Of a stretch of DNA of 64,000 nt, positions 1 to 11,103 are shown one piece after another. The stretch comes from an uncultured delta proteobacterium (GTDB lineage Bacteria > Desulfobacterota > Desulfomonilia > UBA1062): positions 64,001-128,000 of the forward strand of contig CAWCTR010000008.1 in the NCBI GenBank assembly GCA_963798485.1, written 5' to 3'. Both the position numbers and the translations under genes were made by a program. The notes under the pieces were generated by a model. The model was not told the DNA's origin and did not search any database. It worked only from the letters and a program-made list of their open reading frames with translations. Each line of letters starts with the position of its first letter. The stretch's first letter is position 1.

Positions 1-134
1 CCATGGCAAACCTTGCAGTTATTGTTATAAAGATCTTTTCCATTGTCAGTCTTATCTGCCGCCCTTGATAAGCCCTGTAAGGCAAGCATTGATAAGAACA
101 ATACCACTATTGAAAATATCATAAGTTTTTTCAT
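1..134 (-). CDS. c-type cytochrome, N-terminal part (runs off window start)
   Basis: Manual translation from ATG at 134: MKKLMIFSIVVLFLSMLALQGLSRAADKTDNGKDLYNNNCKVCH; signal peptide plus CxxCH heme motif. Not in ORF track. Confidence 0.8.
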   Translation of the reverse strand, partial: MKKLMIFSIVVLFLSMLALQGLSRAADKTDNGKDLYNNNCKVCH

Positions 135-285
135 AACATCACCTTTCATTTTTTAATATGAAATGGAATCTAACCCAATATATCAAACTCTACAACAGGT
201 TTATTATAAGAATTTTAAAATATCTCATTATCTATATCTATTAGATATAACCTCATGATCACAATTATCAAGTAATGAATATTAG

Positions 286-570
286 ATAGTTAATCATTCT
301 GCGGAGGAAATACTGGTAGGTGAAAAGATATTTGAAGCAAATTGCAGAAGCTGCCACCCCCAAGGTGGAAACATCATCAACCCCAAACTCTCTTTACGGA
401 ATTCGCCACAGCTGGCAGATCTCAATGCTTTCATTGCCTACAATCGCAATCCGAAGCAGCCTGACGGATCAAAAGGCATAATGCCGCCATACCCTCCCGA
501 TAAGATATCGGACCAGCAGATGAGAGATCTGTATAACTATAGTAAAGCCGGTTTTGGGAACAAGCCATAG
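286..570 (+). pseudogene. cytochrome c6-like domain lacking start codon and signal peptide
   Basis: Open frame after TAG 283-285: GEKIFEANCRSCHPQGGNIINPK...KGIMPPYPPDKISDQQMRDLYNY; CxxCH and distal MP motif; no upstream in-frame ATG. Confidence 0.65.
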
Positions 571-814
571 TTAATGAAATAACAACAAACATTTTCCCGT
601 GCATTTGCGCATGTCTACGACAGCCTACAGCCGCCGCTGATACCTATTGTTTTGCCGTTGCGCACAGCTACGCATTATATGTTAGAATACGCACTACAAC
701 TTAAGAGTGCAGCGGAGGCGCTGGAATGGGCAGCTTGGTCTTTTGAGGTTACTCCCATGCCAAGGTAGTAATGGGCAACCCTGCTCTCACCACCAATCCA
801 TGAGGAGATTTGAT

Positions 815-2662
815 ATGAAGCGAATATCTTTGAAATCAATCATCCGCACCTGGCTCTGGTTTGTAAATTTCAGTACCATGATTCGTCTGACCATGTGGTG
901 GCTGTGGCCTCGGCGCAACCGGATCTTCTTTATCTTTGAAGGCCGGGAGTACACCTATCGCGAGGTCTACCGGCAAGCCGAGCAATATGCCAATTTCTTC
1001 CTCGCCGAGCGCAAGAGGCTGCTTGATAGTGGGAAGTTGGGCCTGAACGAGCGCTTCGCGCTGGGTATTTACATGGAAAACACCCCGGAATTTATTTTTG
1101 CGGCCCTGGGGGCCGGACTCAGCAATTCGATCCTTTTCGCCATCAACACCGGTTTCCGTGGCGAGATCCTGGCAAAGGTCATCAACCAGGCGAACATTAC
1201 GCGCCTGATCATGAATGCGAGCACGGCCGTGGAGGTGGAGCGCGTTATGGGCGAGGTGTCCGTGCTCGGGCCTGCGGATATTCTGTATGTCGGCGGGGGG
1301 AGCGAGATCGCAGGCAAGGGCTATCGGGACATGGAACGCTCTGTTGCCAATGCCGAGCCCGACGTCCCGCGGAGCTACCGGGTGCCTATCGACAATTTCA
1401 GCCCGGTGATCGTCATCTACACCTCAGGCACGACCGGTATGCCCAAAGGGGTTCCGTGTACGCATATCAAGCTCGTGGGTGCGGGGTTCGTCGTACGAAA
1501 CGACACCAAGCTCACGAAAAAAGACCGCGGGTACATCTCCATGCCGCTCTTCCACTCGAATGCCTGGTACGTCGGCATCCTGTCGCAATTGGTCGCGGGC
1601 GGGAGCTTTGTGCTCAAGCGCCGTTTCGGGGCCCGCGCCTTTGAAGAAGACATGCTGGACTATGGGGTGACCTTCCTGAATTATGTCGGCCAGCCGCTGC
1701 ACTACATCCTGGATGCACTGGAAAAGAAATACGGCGGTAGCGAGGCGGTGGAGAAGGCCCTGGCGACGCATCCGAAGAACAAGTTCCGGATCGCGTACGG
1801 CAACGGGGCCTCGGCAGTGGACCGGAAAAAACTTATGCGTTACCTCGGCATGGAGCACATCTATGAGATCTATGGATCGACCGAGGCGGTCATCACCACG
1901 GCCAACCGGCCCGGCGACCCCATCGAATCCGTGGGCCGGGTGGATAAATCCATCCTGATCCTGGATGAAAAGGACCGGGAATGCCCCCCGGGGATCGCGG
2001 ATGCAAACGGCAGGCTCACCAACTATGACCAGGCGGTGGGTGAGATATGCCGCAAGGTCGGCGACAACAACCTCAGGTTTGAGGGCTACTTCGGTAATGC
2101 CCAGGCCACCACGCAAAAATTCCGGGGCGGCATCTACCATTCCGGGGATATCGGCCATATCCGGGTCGCGGGCAACAAGCGCTATCTGTATTTCAACGGC
2201 CGCACCGACGACTGGATCCGCAAGGACGGCGAGAATTTTTCGGCCGAGAATGTCTTGCAGTATGCCCAGGAGATGCCCGGTGTGGATTCCGCCATCGCCT
2301 ACGGCGCACCCTGTGATGTCTCGGATGAGAAGGTCATGGTTGCGGTCCAACTCAAGAAAGGTGAGGAATTCTGCCCGGATGCGGTCTATGATTGGTTGAT
2401 CCGGCAACAGAAAGAGGGTGGTATGGATCCGAAATGGATGCCTGACTTTATCCGCGTCATCGAGAGTTTCCCCGTGACCGATACCCATAAGATAGTGGTA
2501 CGTCCCTATAAACGGGAGCACTACAATATCGAGAACAACCCTGCGATGCAGATCTATTACCGTGCCAAGGGGGACACCACCTATCACCCGCTGACACTTG
2601 AAAAGTACCAGGCCATGAAGACCTGCTTCATCAACAACGGCCGCGATTCCCTGCTGGGTTAG
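815..2662 (+). CDS. AMP-binding acyl-CoA synthetase (long-chain/FATP-like)
   Basis: YTSGTTGMPKG, YGSTE, SGD and GRTDDWIRKDGENFS motifs; start moved to ATG 815 behind AGGAG RBS. Confidence 0.88.
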   Translation: MKRISLKSIIRTWLWFVNFSTMIRLTMWWLWPRRNRIFFIFEGREYTYREVYRQAEQYANFFLAERKRLLDSGKLGLNERFALGIYMENTPEFIFAALGAGLSNSILFAINTGFRGEILAKVINQANITRLIMNASTAVEVERVMGEVSVLGPADILYVGGGSEIAGKGYRDMERSVANAEPDVPRSYRVPIDNFSPVIVIYTSGTTGMPKGVPCTHIKLVGAGFVVRNDTKLTKKDRGYISMPLFHSNAWYVGILSQLVAGGSFVLKRRFGARAFEEDMLDYGVTFLNYVGQPLHYILDALEKKYGGSEAVEKALATHPKNKFRIAYGNGASAVDRKKLMRYLGMEHIYEIYGSTEAVITTANRPGDPIESVGRVDKSILILDEKDRECPPGIADANGRLTNYDQAVGEICRKVGDNNLRFEGYFGNAQATTQKFRGGIYHSGDIGHIRVAGNKRYLYFNGRTDDWIRKDGENFSAENVLQYAQEMPGVDSAIAYGAPCDVSDEKVMVAVQLKKGEEFCPDAVYDWLIRQQKEGGMDPKWMPDFIRVIESFPVTDTHKIVVRPYKREHYNIENNPAMQIYYRAKGDTTYHPLTLEKYQAMKTCFINNGRDSLLG

Positions 2663-2725
2663 GGGCGCATAAAGGGGGAGAGGGACAGCCCCTCATTATA
2701 TTAATGTTCGGCTATCGAGAGAACC

Positions 2726-5407
2726 TTAATACCGCTTGTTTCTGTCTTTAACGTGTGTCCCCGGATCCGCTTTCTCCTTGCTCATCAACTTAACACGGGG
2801 AAGCCCTTCATCAAGGTTAAGGATTCTCTCGGTTCCGGCCGTGTCGGCCATCTCAACGAAATCTTCCGCAACCTCTCTCTTAAATCCGAGCTCGGGCAGA
2901 TAAATGTCAAAAGTGGTTCCTTGTCCCGGAGCGCTCTTACAGCTGATTGCGCCTCCATGGCTTTTCACAATCCCATGAACAATCGACAACCCCAGACCCG
3001 TACCATGGCCTTTCCACTTGGTGGTAAAATAGGGGTCAAAGATTCGCGCCATAACCTTTGAGGTCATTCCATGACCGGTATCCCTAACCGTCATCCTGAG
3101 ATAAGGTCCGGGCGGTACATCCAGATTAAGGGCGGCATCACTGTCGATAAAAGCTCTCTGAAGGCTCACTTCCAATTCCCCTCCGGTCTCACCCATAGCA
3201 TGGGCTGCATTGGTACAAAGGTTCGTCATAACCAGGTGGATCTGAGCCGGATCTCCCAGGACCTGTCCTGAAGGTTCAAGCATCTCACGAATCTTGATGT
3301 TCGAGGGTAATGACGGCCGCAACATTTTGAGCGATTCCCGTATGACAGGATCGAGCACGAGCGGGACATATTCTTTTTCAGCATGCCGGCTGAAGGCAAG
3401 GATCTGATTGACAAGGTCTCTCGCCCGGATAGCCGCCTTACGCACTTCATTGAGGTCGCCGTGTACTACGTTTAAGTCTTTATCCCCCCTCGTCAGGCCC
3501 ATAATATCTTTCATCGACATCTTGGTGTAGCCGAGAATGGTTGTCAGAATGTTATTGAAATCATGGGCTATACCGCCTGAGAGTGTTCCGATAGACTCCA
3601 TTTTCTTTGTTTGAATCTCCAGCCTCTTCTTCTGTTCTTCTATCTCTTTAAGAGCGGTAATATCGGTCATTACCATGACCATACAGTCTTCTCCACTGTA
3701 GTGCACCGGCCTGGCAGATACGAGGGTATCTAAAATAATCCCACCTTTTGACCGGCACTGGCACTCCAGGCTATCAACCAATTCGTCGTTTTTTATGAGC
3801 TTAATATAATAATCAAAATCTTCGGAACTCACAGGCAGATTCAGGTCAAGAGGCGTTTTCCCGATGGTTTCTTCAAGGGAATATCCGGTTATCTTGCAGA
3901 ATGTATCATTTACATAGAGATAGCGTATATCTTTGATTTTTATAATACTCACGGCATCCGGCATGCTCTGAAGGGTGATACGGTATCTTTCCTCGCTTTC
4001 CTGCAAAGAATTTTCCATCTCGATACGCTTGGTGATATCTCTGACCACCGTGATCATCGCGACAACGCGGCCATCACGAATGACCGGAACACCGTTTGAC
4101 TCCCCAAATTTCACTTCCCCGTCTTTGGTGATAAACCGGTAAATGTTGGTATAGACTGTCTTCCCCGAGAGCACATGCAGGGCATTCTCAAAGGCATCAC
4201 CCACGTCATCGGGATGCACGAGCATCGTGAGATCTTGAAAGTGCTTCCCGATCAGTTCCTCGGGCTTGTACCCAAGTGCCCTCTCTACGTTCGGAGAGAC
4301 GCTCAGGACCTTGAACTGGCTATCGTATGAGAACATAACATCATCGGTGAGGGAGAAATAGCTGCGGTATTTTTCATCACTCTTCTGCAACGTTTTCTCT
4401 ATATGTTTACGCTCCTCAATTTCCTGCTTGAGCTTCTCATTTACCTTCGTGAGTTTCAGTGTACGATCTTTGACCAAGTCTTCCAGATGGTCACGATGGC
4501 TCTTAAGTTCTTCCTCAGCCCGCCTGCGCTCGGTGATATCACGTACGATTGCCCACATACCGGTGGGTTTCCCGATATCGTCCTTGAGGAGGAACATCCT
4601 CAACTCCACAGGGAAGACCGTACCATCTTCCTTGCGGTATTCCTTTTCATAGATATCCGAATACCCCCTTTGAAGAACCTGTTTTTCAACGATGGCGGCT
4701 TCAAGCGCATGCCATTTCTCAGGGGTAAGGTCGGAATAGGTCCGCGCGCTGATCTCTTCCGGCTTATAGCCGAGCATATTCCTGTACGTTTCATTATATT
4801 CCTTTACCTGACCGTCCATATCAGTACTGACAAAGGCATCCATCATACTGTCATATAATCGGCGATACTTGGCCTCCGAAGCCCTTAGCGCCTCCTCAGC
4901 CTGTTTGCGCTCGGAAATATCGCGGGTAATCCCCATAATGCCTTTGATCCAGCCTTTTTCATTGTAAAGAAGGTTCAGCGTAACCTCTGTCCAAACTTTC
5001 GAGCCATCCTTCCGGAACATCTCAAGCTCGATGGTCTTTGACCAGTCAGGACCATGCCGCTGTCCAGCCGCCTCAAGGAAACGTTCTTTTGCAAATATCT
5101 CCATTGCCTTTGTGTAGGAATCAGGCGTGAGTACTTCATTAAGCCTAAGTTTCATGGCCTCTTCAACAGTATATCCCCTGAGATGTTTGACTGATGGGCT
5201 CACATAGGTGTAGCCGAAGTTGAGGTCGAAGACCCAGATCAAATCATGGGCATTCTCGGCAAGGATTCGGTAGCGCTCTTCGCTCCCTTTGATAGCCTCT
5301 TCCATGCATTTGCCCTCATAAACCGAATTTTCCAGTTCAGCGATGCGCCGGCGTGCCTCTGATAACTCTTCAATGAACTGCTGGCTTGTCGTAATGTCAT
5401 CTTTCAT
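2726..5407 (-). CDS. multi-PAS sensor histidine kinase with vestigial receiver stub
   Basis: Four PAS/PAC repeats, H-box GIAHDFNNIL, N-box NLCTNA, DTGHG, FDPYFTTK, GTGLGL. Confidence 0.92.
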   Translation of the reverse strand: MKDDITTSQQFIEELSEARRRIAELENSVYEGKCMEEAIKGSEERYRILAENAHDLIWVFDLNFGYTYVSPSVKHLRGYTVEEAMKLRLNEVLTPDSYTKAMEIFAKERFLEAAGQRHGPDWSKTIELEMFRKDGSKVWTEVTLNLLYNEKGWIKGIMGITRDISERKQAEEALRASEAKYRRLYDSMMDAFVSTDMDGQVKEYNETYRNMLGYKPEEISARTYSDLTPEKWHALEAAIVEKQVLQRGYSDIYEKEYRKEDGTVFPVELRMFLLKDDIGKPTGMWAIVRDITERRRAEEELKSHRDHLEDLVKDRTLKLTKVNEKLKQEIEERKHIEKTLQKSDEKYRSYFSLTDDVMFSYDSQFKVLSVSPNVERALGYKPEELIGKHFQDLTMLVHPDDVGDAFENALHVLSGKTVYTNIYRFITKDGEVKFGESNGVPVIRDGRVVAMITVVRDITKRIEMENSLQESEERYRITLQSMPDAVSIIKIKDIRYLYVNDTFCKITGYSLEETIGKTPLDLNLPVSSEDFDYYIKLIKNDELVDSLECQCRSKGGIILDTLVSARPVHYSGEDCMVMVMTDITALKEIEEQKKRLEIQTKKMESIGTLSGGIAHDFNNILTTILGYTKMSMKDIMGLTRGDKDLNVVHGDLNEVRKAAIRARDLVNQILAFSRHAEKEYVPLVLDPVIRESLKMLRPSLPSNIKIREMLEPSGQVLGDPAQIHLVMTNLCTNAAHAMGETGGELEVSLQRAFIDSDAALNLDVPPGPYLRMTVRDTGHGMTSKVMARIFDPYFTTKWKGHGTGLGLSIVHGIVKSHGGAISCKSAPGQGTTFDIYLPELGFKREVAEDFVEMADTAGTERILNLDEGLPRVKLMSKEKADPGTHVKDRNKRY

Positions 5408-5655
5408 ATCATCCCCATGTAAAATCATTGAGCACTCATGATTATAATAACAATATAATTAAATTGTGGACCGATGCAATGATATATGAATAACGGACCT
5501 ATTAAAATCTTCGATTTCCCCGTTTATCGCCATAAAAAGGCACTTGTGTTGATAAAGAATCCATGTATGATCATAACAAGTAATACCTTTTAATATACGC
5601 ACCAGGGGGTAGGATAATTTAGATACCATATCATTCACGATAGGGGGGGTATACA

Positions 5656-7761
5656 ATGGGCATTGATGTTCATAGCGGGGAAGAACTCCGGAAAAATTCT
5701 TTACTTGATAACCCTTACCTTATCCCTTTCAGGCGATCGGACCTCAAGCGATCCCCATTTTTCTCGTCCGGCATTGATCAAAAACAATTCGTGAATGCAA
5801 TGAATTTCAGGAACTTTGTTGACGATCAGATTTTTGCACACATGATCTTCCCTCATACCAAAGAGGAGTTTCTCTTCAAGGTAATCCCGGGGCCATGCAC
5901 CGGAAGCGAGGTAACTTTCTCGCTTCCGGAAGGATCCATCCAAGACTTTGAAGACTTCATTTTCAAGGGCCTCCTGGTGGACAACGGAAAGTCCGTGATA
6001 ATGATGCAGGCGGACCCTCTTTTTGTCACATCCCGTCTTTTGGCTGTCAAGCTTCGGAAGACAGGCGTCATATATCAGGCCCGTCATGCCGGAAGGCATC
6101 TGTGCCAAAATGTGAATGCACGGGTCAGTCATGATGACATCGAATATGCCGGGGCCCTTTACGAGTTTAATCCTGCAGGGCTGCGGATCGAATTGAAAGG
6201 CATCCCATGGACGTCTTCCGGGTCCCAGGCCTCAGCCGAGCCCATTAAAGTAGATCTTATGCGCGGTGGCAGGCTGATATTTTCGGGTATGTCAAAACTC
6301 ATCCGTACCGAGAACCAGGGCAAAACCATTGTTCTCACACCCCTGAACATCCCCCAGAAAAAAAACGGCGGGCGGAAAAACCGTAATCCGCGCCTGAATC
6401 TTGTTCCAAGCCCTGAGGTGAAATTCACGCATCCTCTGACAGGGATGAGGGTATCCTACGACATAGTCGACATCAACTCTTCGGGCTTCTCCGTGATGGT
6501 GGAATCAGACTCGTCGCTCCTTATGCCGGGCATGATTATTGAAGAAGCCTTCATAGACTTTGCAGGCGGCCTCAACCTGAAGTGCCCGGTCAAGGTCGTC
6601 TATGGGGAAAAGAAGAAAAAGAACTGCATCCAGTACGGTTTTCTGATCACTGATATCGATGTCGCTTCCTACAATCAGCTGTTCAACGTTATATCAAGGG
6701 CCGACGACCCCTATGCGCGGGTATCTTATGACGTGGATATGGCATCCTTATGGAACTTCTTTTTCGAGTCCGGGTTTATATACCCGGAGAGATACACGGG
6801 CATCGCCCAGTATAAAGACGATTTTAAAGAAACATATAAAAAATTGTACCATCAATGTCCTGATATATTCGCGAACTTGACGTATGAGCGCAACGGTGTG
6901 ATCTATGGCCACGTTTCCCTGATCAAGGCATATGAAAGGTCATGGCTGGTCAACCACCTTGCCACCAAGGACATCGGTATGAAAATTACCGGGCACTATG
7001 TCCTGAAACAAATACTCAACTATCTCGACAGCATCACCCGGATGCCGTCAATCGGCATGGATTATATGATCATCTATTTCCCCCCTGAAAACCGTTTTCC
7101 CAATAATTTTTTCAGCAACGCCTACAGGGCGGTGAACAACCCTTCGCACCTCTCCATGGACACGTTTGCCTATCTGAACATAGACCTGCCCCAATCAATT
7201 CCCGACCTGCCCAAGGGCTGGACGGTGAGTGAGAGCTCCCCCAAAGACATCCTTAATCTTGGCGCCGCATACAAGCAGCTCTCCGACGGCATCCTGGTGG
7301 ATGCCTTAGGTCTCGATTCACAGAAACGCACCGGGGAATCCATCGGGGAAACTTATAAAAAATACGGGCTCAGCAGGATATGCAGTTCATATACCTTGTT
7401 CCATGACAACAATCCCCAGGCATACTTTGTAGTCGACCAGAGCGACAGGGGCGTTAATCTTTCCGATCTGATCAACAGTATTAAGGTTATTGTGCCTCAA
7501 AGCAGCTCTGTCCCATGGTATGTGCTCCATGCAGCCATCTGTGAGTGCGGCAAAGATTACGATATAAAGACGATAACGGTACAGATCTTCCCTTGCGAAT
7601 ACATGGACAGGGCAGGTGTCCCGTATAAGAAACGTCATGTAATATGGGTGCTGGACACCCACTATCTGAACGCCAACATCGATATCATAAAGAATATGGC
7701 CCGGATCAATCCTGCCCAATACCTGAAAGGTGTCGTCAGCAGTTTTATCAGGGGCGGCTGA
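5656..7761 (+). CDS. PilZ-domain protein with large C-terminal domain
   Basis: RNPR (RxxxR-like) and DINSSG (DxSxxG) c-di-GMP motifs; an earlier degenerate PilZ (RHAGR). Confidence 0.7.
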   Translation: MGIDVHSGEELRKNSLLDNPYLIPFRRSDLKRSPFFSSGIDQKQFVNAMNFRNFVDDQIFAHMIFPHTKEEFLFKVIPGPCTGSEVTFSLPEGSIQDFEDFIFKGLLVDNGKSVIMMQADPLFVTSRLLAVKLRKTGVIYQARHAGRHLCQNVNARVSHDDIEYAGALYEFNPAGLRIELKGIPWTSSGSQASAEPIKVDLMRGGRLIFSGMSKLIRTENQGKTIVLTPLNIPQKKNGGRKNRNPRLNLVPSPEVKFTHPLTGMRVSYDIVDINSSGFSVMVESDSSLLMPGMIIEEAFIDFAGGLNLKCPVKVVYGEKKKKNCIQYGFLITDIDVASYNQLFNVISRADDPYARVSYDVDMASLWNFFFESGFIYPERYTGIAQYKDDFKETYKKLYHQCPDIFANLTYERNGVIYGHVSLIKAYERSWLVNHLATKDIGMKITGHYVLKQILNYLDSITRMPSIGMDYMIIYFPPENRFPNNFFSNAYRAVNNPSHLSMDTFAYLNIDLPQSIPDLPKGWTVSESSPKDILNLGAAYKQLSDGILVDALGLDSQKRTGESIGETYKKYGLSRICSSYTLFHDNNPQAYFVVDQSDRGVNLSDLINSIKVIVPQSSSVPWYVLHAAICECGKDYDIKTITVQIFPCEYMDRAGVPYKKRHVIWVLDTHYLNANIDIIKNMARINPAQYLKGVVSSFIRGG

Positions 7762-8251
7762 GGGCCCGGCAATCATTTAAATCACAGAGATTTCTACTTT
7801 TGTTTGAGTAAGGTGTTCTTATAGAACGATATACAGTACCTCTCTACGTAGCGTGTCGAGATCTCCGAATGATAGCTTCAGTATTAACTGACTAGAGATA
7901 ACCTCACGAAAGCATAACTTTTTGAACCGAGCCATAATTCAAGGTTTCGTGCCAGTATCGTCATTCCAGACATGGAACTCAAACAACATAGATATCATCA
8001 GCAGATCTTCAGTTTCAAAATATATTAAAACCTGAACATTTATCGCAGGAATCAACGATCCAGCAAATGATCTCATATTTATGATTATACTGTAGAGAAT
8101 TCTCAGGTCTTGTAATCCAACCATAATGCTATATAATTAAAACAATGGCTCTTTCCTCCTTTGTGATTTCCTATTCATCCAGAGAGCCCTTTGTTTTGGC
8201 ATTCTGAGTTACAGTATCATTGTTTATTATCGAAAGTGATAAGGAGAAACA

Positions 8252-9037
8252 ATGCACATAGAATTAATAAGGCACAAACCAGTGAATGAAGTAAAATCAA
8301 CTCCGATATTGTTTGTTCATGGAGCATGGCATGGCGCTTGGTGCTGGGAAGAACATTTTTTGCCTTACTTTGCTGATCATGGATACGATTCATACGCTCT
8401 AAGTCTTCGTGGCCATGGAAATAGCGAAGGACGTGAAGGTCTACGTTGGTGGAGTATTTCTGATTACGTGGATGATGTTTCTCAAGTCATTACTCAACTG
8501 CCTAATGTTCCAATTTTAGTGGGACATTCAATGGGTGGACTCATTGTTCAAAAATACTTGCAGTTTCATAGAGTTCCTTTAGCAGTATTGTTGGCGCCGG
8601 TCCCAACTACAGGAGTGATGAAGACAACATTAAGAATAGCCAGTCGACATTTTTCAATTTTGTTAAAGGTATTCTCCTCATTTAGCCTATATCCAGTAAT
8701 TGCTACTCCAAATTTAGCTCGCGAAGCTTTCTTCTCATCCGATATTTCTGAGGATAAGCTGGATAAGTACTTCAAACAGTTACAAGATGAATCATTTAGA
8801 GGGTTTTTAGATATGACCTTCTGTTTGCCAAGGCCCAAAAAGGTTTATGATCCTATATTATTGGTCGGTGCTCAAGATGATAATATTTTCTCAACAAAGC
8901 AGATGGATGCGACAGCTAGAGCTTATCACAGTAAAGCTGTGATATTCAATAATATGGCCCATGATATGATGCTTGAAAAGGATTGGCAAGATGTCGCAGA
9001 TCATATCCTTGACTGGTTGAAAGCCCAAAAGTTTTAA
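8252..9037 (+). CDS. alpha/beta hydrolase
   Basis: HGAWHGAWCW, GHSMGG nucleophile elbow, C-terminal AHD; AAGGAG RBS. Confidence 0.9.
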   Translation: MHIELIRHKPVNEVKSTPILFVHGAWHGAWCWEEHFLPYFADHGYDSYALSLRGHGNSEGREGLRWWSISDYVDDVSQVITQLPNVPILVGHSMGGLIVQKYLQFHRVPLAVLLAPVPTTGVMKTTLRIASRHFSILLKVFSSFSLYPVIATPNLAREAFFSSDISEDKLDKYFKQLQDESFRGFLDMTFCLPRPKKVYDPILLVGAQDDNIFSTKQMDATARAYHSKAVIFNNMAHDMMLEKDWQDVADHILDWLKAQKF

Positions 9038-9283
9038 AACCAGAGACAAACTCAGTGATGATTTCGTTCCAGGATCGGCACTCAGCGCTTGTAGCCTGAA
9101 TATCATAGATTTGAAAACGAAATGTTCAGTTTTCAGCCTTCTCAAAACCGTGATGAAATCGCAGAGATCTACGGTTTCATAAAAAGGCAGAGCCACAATT
9201 GACTCTGCCTTAAATTATTCATAGGATCTATCAGGTCAAGAGGGTATTGCGTGTGCCATTATCAAAGGAGATAGAATATATTT

Positions 9284-10264
9284 ATGAAACCAGAATTAGT
9301 TCTCAGCTTATGTATGAAATTTATGGAATCAAGGATCCTACTAACTGCTACTGAACTTGATATATTCAGTCTCTTAACACATCCGATGTATGCCCGGGAA
9401 ATTGCGGATAAAACACAGGCCACCTTGCGCGGTGTCACGATATTACTTGATGCGCTTGTGTCTATAGGCTTACTCGAAAAGAAACAAACGAAATATTGTT
9501 GTTCACAGGAAGTATCCTCATTGTTATCGAAAGACTCACCGACTTCAATAGTACCAATGGTCATGCATACAGTTGGACTATGGAAAAGATGGTCAGATCT
9601 AACTGAGATCGTTCGACACGGTATACAAGAAACAAAACCTTTAGGACCTGCCAGGAGTGAAATCGAACAAGAGGCGTTCATTGGAGCCATGCATGCGATC
9701 GCATCCAGAATAGCCCCTGGTATCGTTGCAGCTATCAATCCTGGAGCAGCGAAAAATTTACTCGACATAGGTGGTGCATCAGGATCGTATACGCAAGCTT
9801 TTCTTGAGGTCTCCCCTGAAATGAGAGCGACAATATATGACTTACCTTCAGTTATTAACATGGCTCAAAAGCGTCTTGCTGCCACTGATTTTCATAATCG
9901 GATTACATACATTGCCGGCGATTTTTATTTAGATGAATTACCTGCAGGTTATGACCTTGTTCTCGTATCAGCTATCATTCACCAGAATAGTAATGAACAG
10001 AATATTGAACTGTACCGCAAGATTTATCGTTCTCTAATCTCAGGTGGAAGGCTTGTTATACGAGACCATGTCATGAGTCCTGATCATACCCATCCTACAA
10101 CGGGAGCCATTTTTGCTGTGAATATGCTGGTTGGGACCCTTGGTGGTTCCACCTACAGTTTTAAAGAAATCGATGAAGGACTTAAAACAGCTGGGTTTAC
10201 TAAAATCAGGCTTATTCAACCCGATAAGCACATGGATGGATTGGTGGAGGCATCTAAGATTTGA
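9284..10264 (+). CDS. SAM-dependent O-methyltransferase with dimerisation domain
   Basis: LLDIGGASG, YDLP, AGDF motifs; N-terminal wHTH-like region. Confidence 0.88.
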   Translation: MKPELVLSLCMKFMESRILLTATELDIFSLLTHPMYAREIADKTQATLRGVTILLDALVSIGLLEKKQTKYCCSQEVSSLLSKDSPTSIVPMVMHTVGLWKRWSDLTEIVRHGIQETKPLGPARSEIEQEAFIGAMHAIASRIAPGIVAAINPGAAKNLLDIGGASGSYTQAFLEVSPEMRATIYDLPSVINMAQKRLAATDFHNRITYIAGDFYLDELPAGYDLVLVSAIIHQNSNEQNIELYRKIYRSLISGGRLVIRDHVMSPDHTHPTTGAIFAVNMLVGTLGGSTYSFKEIDEGLKTAGFTKIRLIQPDKHMDGLVEASKI

Positions 10265-10383
10265 TTTACAAGATCAGAGGTCTCTCATATAGGGAGATGA
10301 ATGTCCTGGAAAGTTCTCAACCTACCTCCCTGTTATTTATTTCTGATTTCATTATAATAAGTGAAAAACTCCAGGAGGGAGAT

Positions 10384-11052
10384 ATGGACGTCATTGATGC
10401 TATGAAGTCGCGATTCACATGCCGGGCTTTCACCTCTGAACCAGTGGACAATAAGACGATCCTCACGATTATGGAGGCTGCGCTGCGGGCCCCTTCATGG
10501 GGGAATACGCAGCCCTGGGAGATATTCGTCGCCAGCGGGAAGGCAGCGAACAGGTTACGGGAGGCCTATACGGAGAGGTTTGCCGGGGAAATGCCCGTTA
10601 ACCCGGATATTCCCAGGCCGCTTCCGAAGGACTGGCCTCCTGCACTCAAGGAACGGTATGAGAAATTGAGAAATGACCGTTCAGATTTTCTGGGGCTGAA
10701 TCGTGATAATGAGAAGGACATGCGTGAGCTCATGGTTCGTAACTTTTGCTTTTTCGATGCGCCTACTGTCATCTTCCTCTGCATGGACCGCACCCTGACA
10801 CCTTGGTCCTTATTCGACCTGGGTGCACTATCGCAGAGTATCATGCTCATCGCCTGTGAGAATGGGCTGGGCTCTGCAGTGGCGGTCCAGCTGGCTTCAT
10901 ATCCAGACCTGGTCCGCAAAGAGCTGGGTATCCCTGAGAAGCTGGCTGTGTGCATCGGGATAGCTATCGGCCACATCGACCCTTCGAACCCACAAAATAC
11001 ATTCAGAAGCACACGCAGGCCTGTGGACGAGATCGTAAGGATTAAGGACTAG
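10384..11052 (+). CDS. nitroreductase family protein
   Basis: SRFTCRAF and APSWGNTQPW motifs; ATG 10384 behind GGAGG RBS. Confidence 0.9.
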   Translation: MDVIDAMKSRFTCRAFTSEPVDNKTILTIMEAALRAPSWGNTQPWEIFVASGKAANRLREAYTERFAGEMPVNPDIPRPLPKDWPPALKERYEKLRNDRSDFLGLNRDNEKDMRELMVRNFCFFDAPTVIFLCMDRTLTPWSLFDLGALSQSIMLIACENGLGSAVAVQLASYPDLVRKELGIPEKLAVCIGIAIGHIDPSNPQNTFRSTRRPVDEIVRIKD

Positions 11053-11103
11053 GCAGGAGATATCCCAAGGGACACTGATGATCTTGAGAAAGGAGATTCA
11101 TTC

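Noticed and set aside
1424-2587. Long antisense ORF of 387 aa, and similar ones at 19591-20529, 26000-26788 and 39719-40408
   Set aside because: Shadow ORFs opposite well-supported GC-rich genes, with no recognisable motifs.
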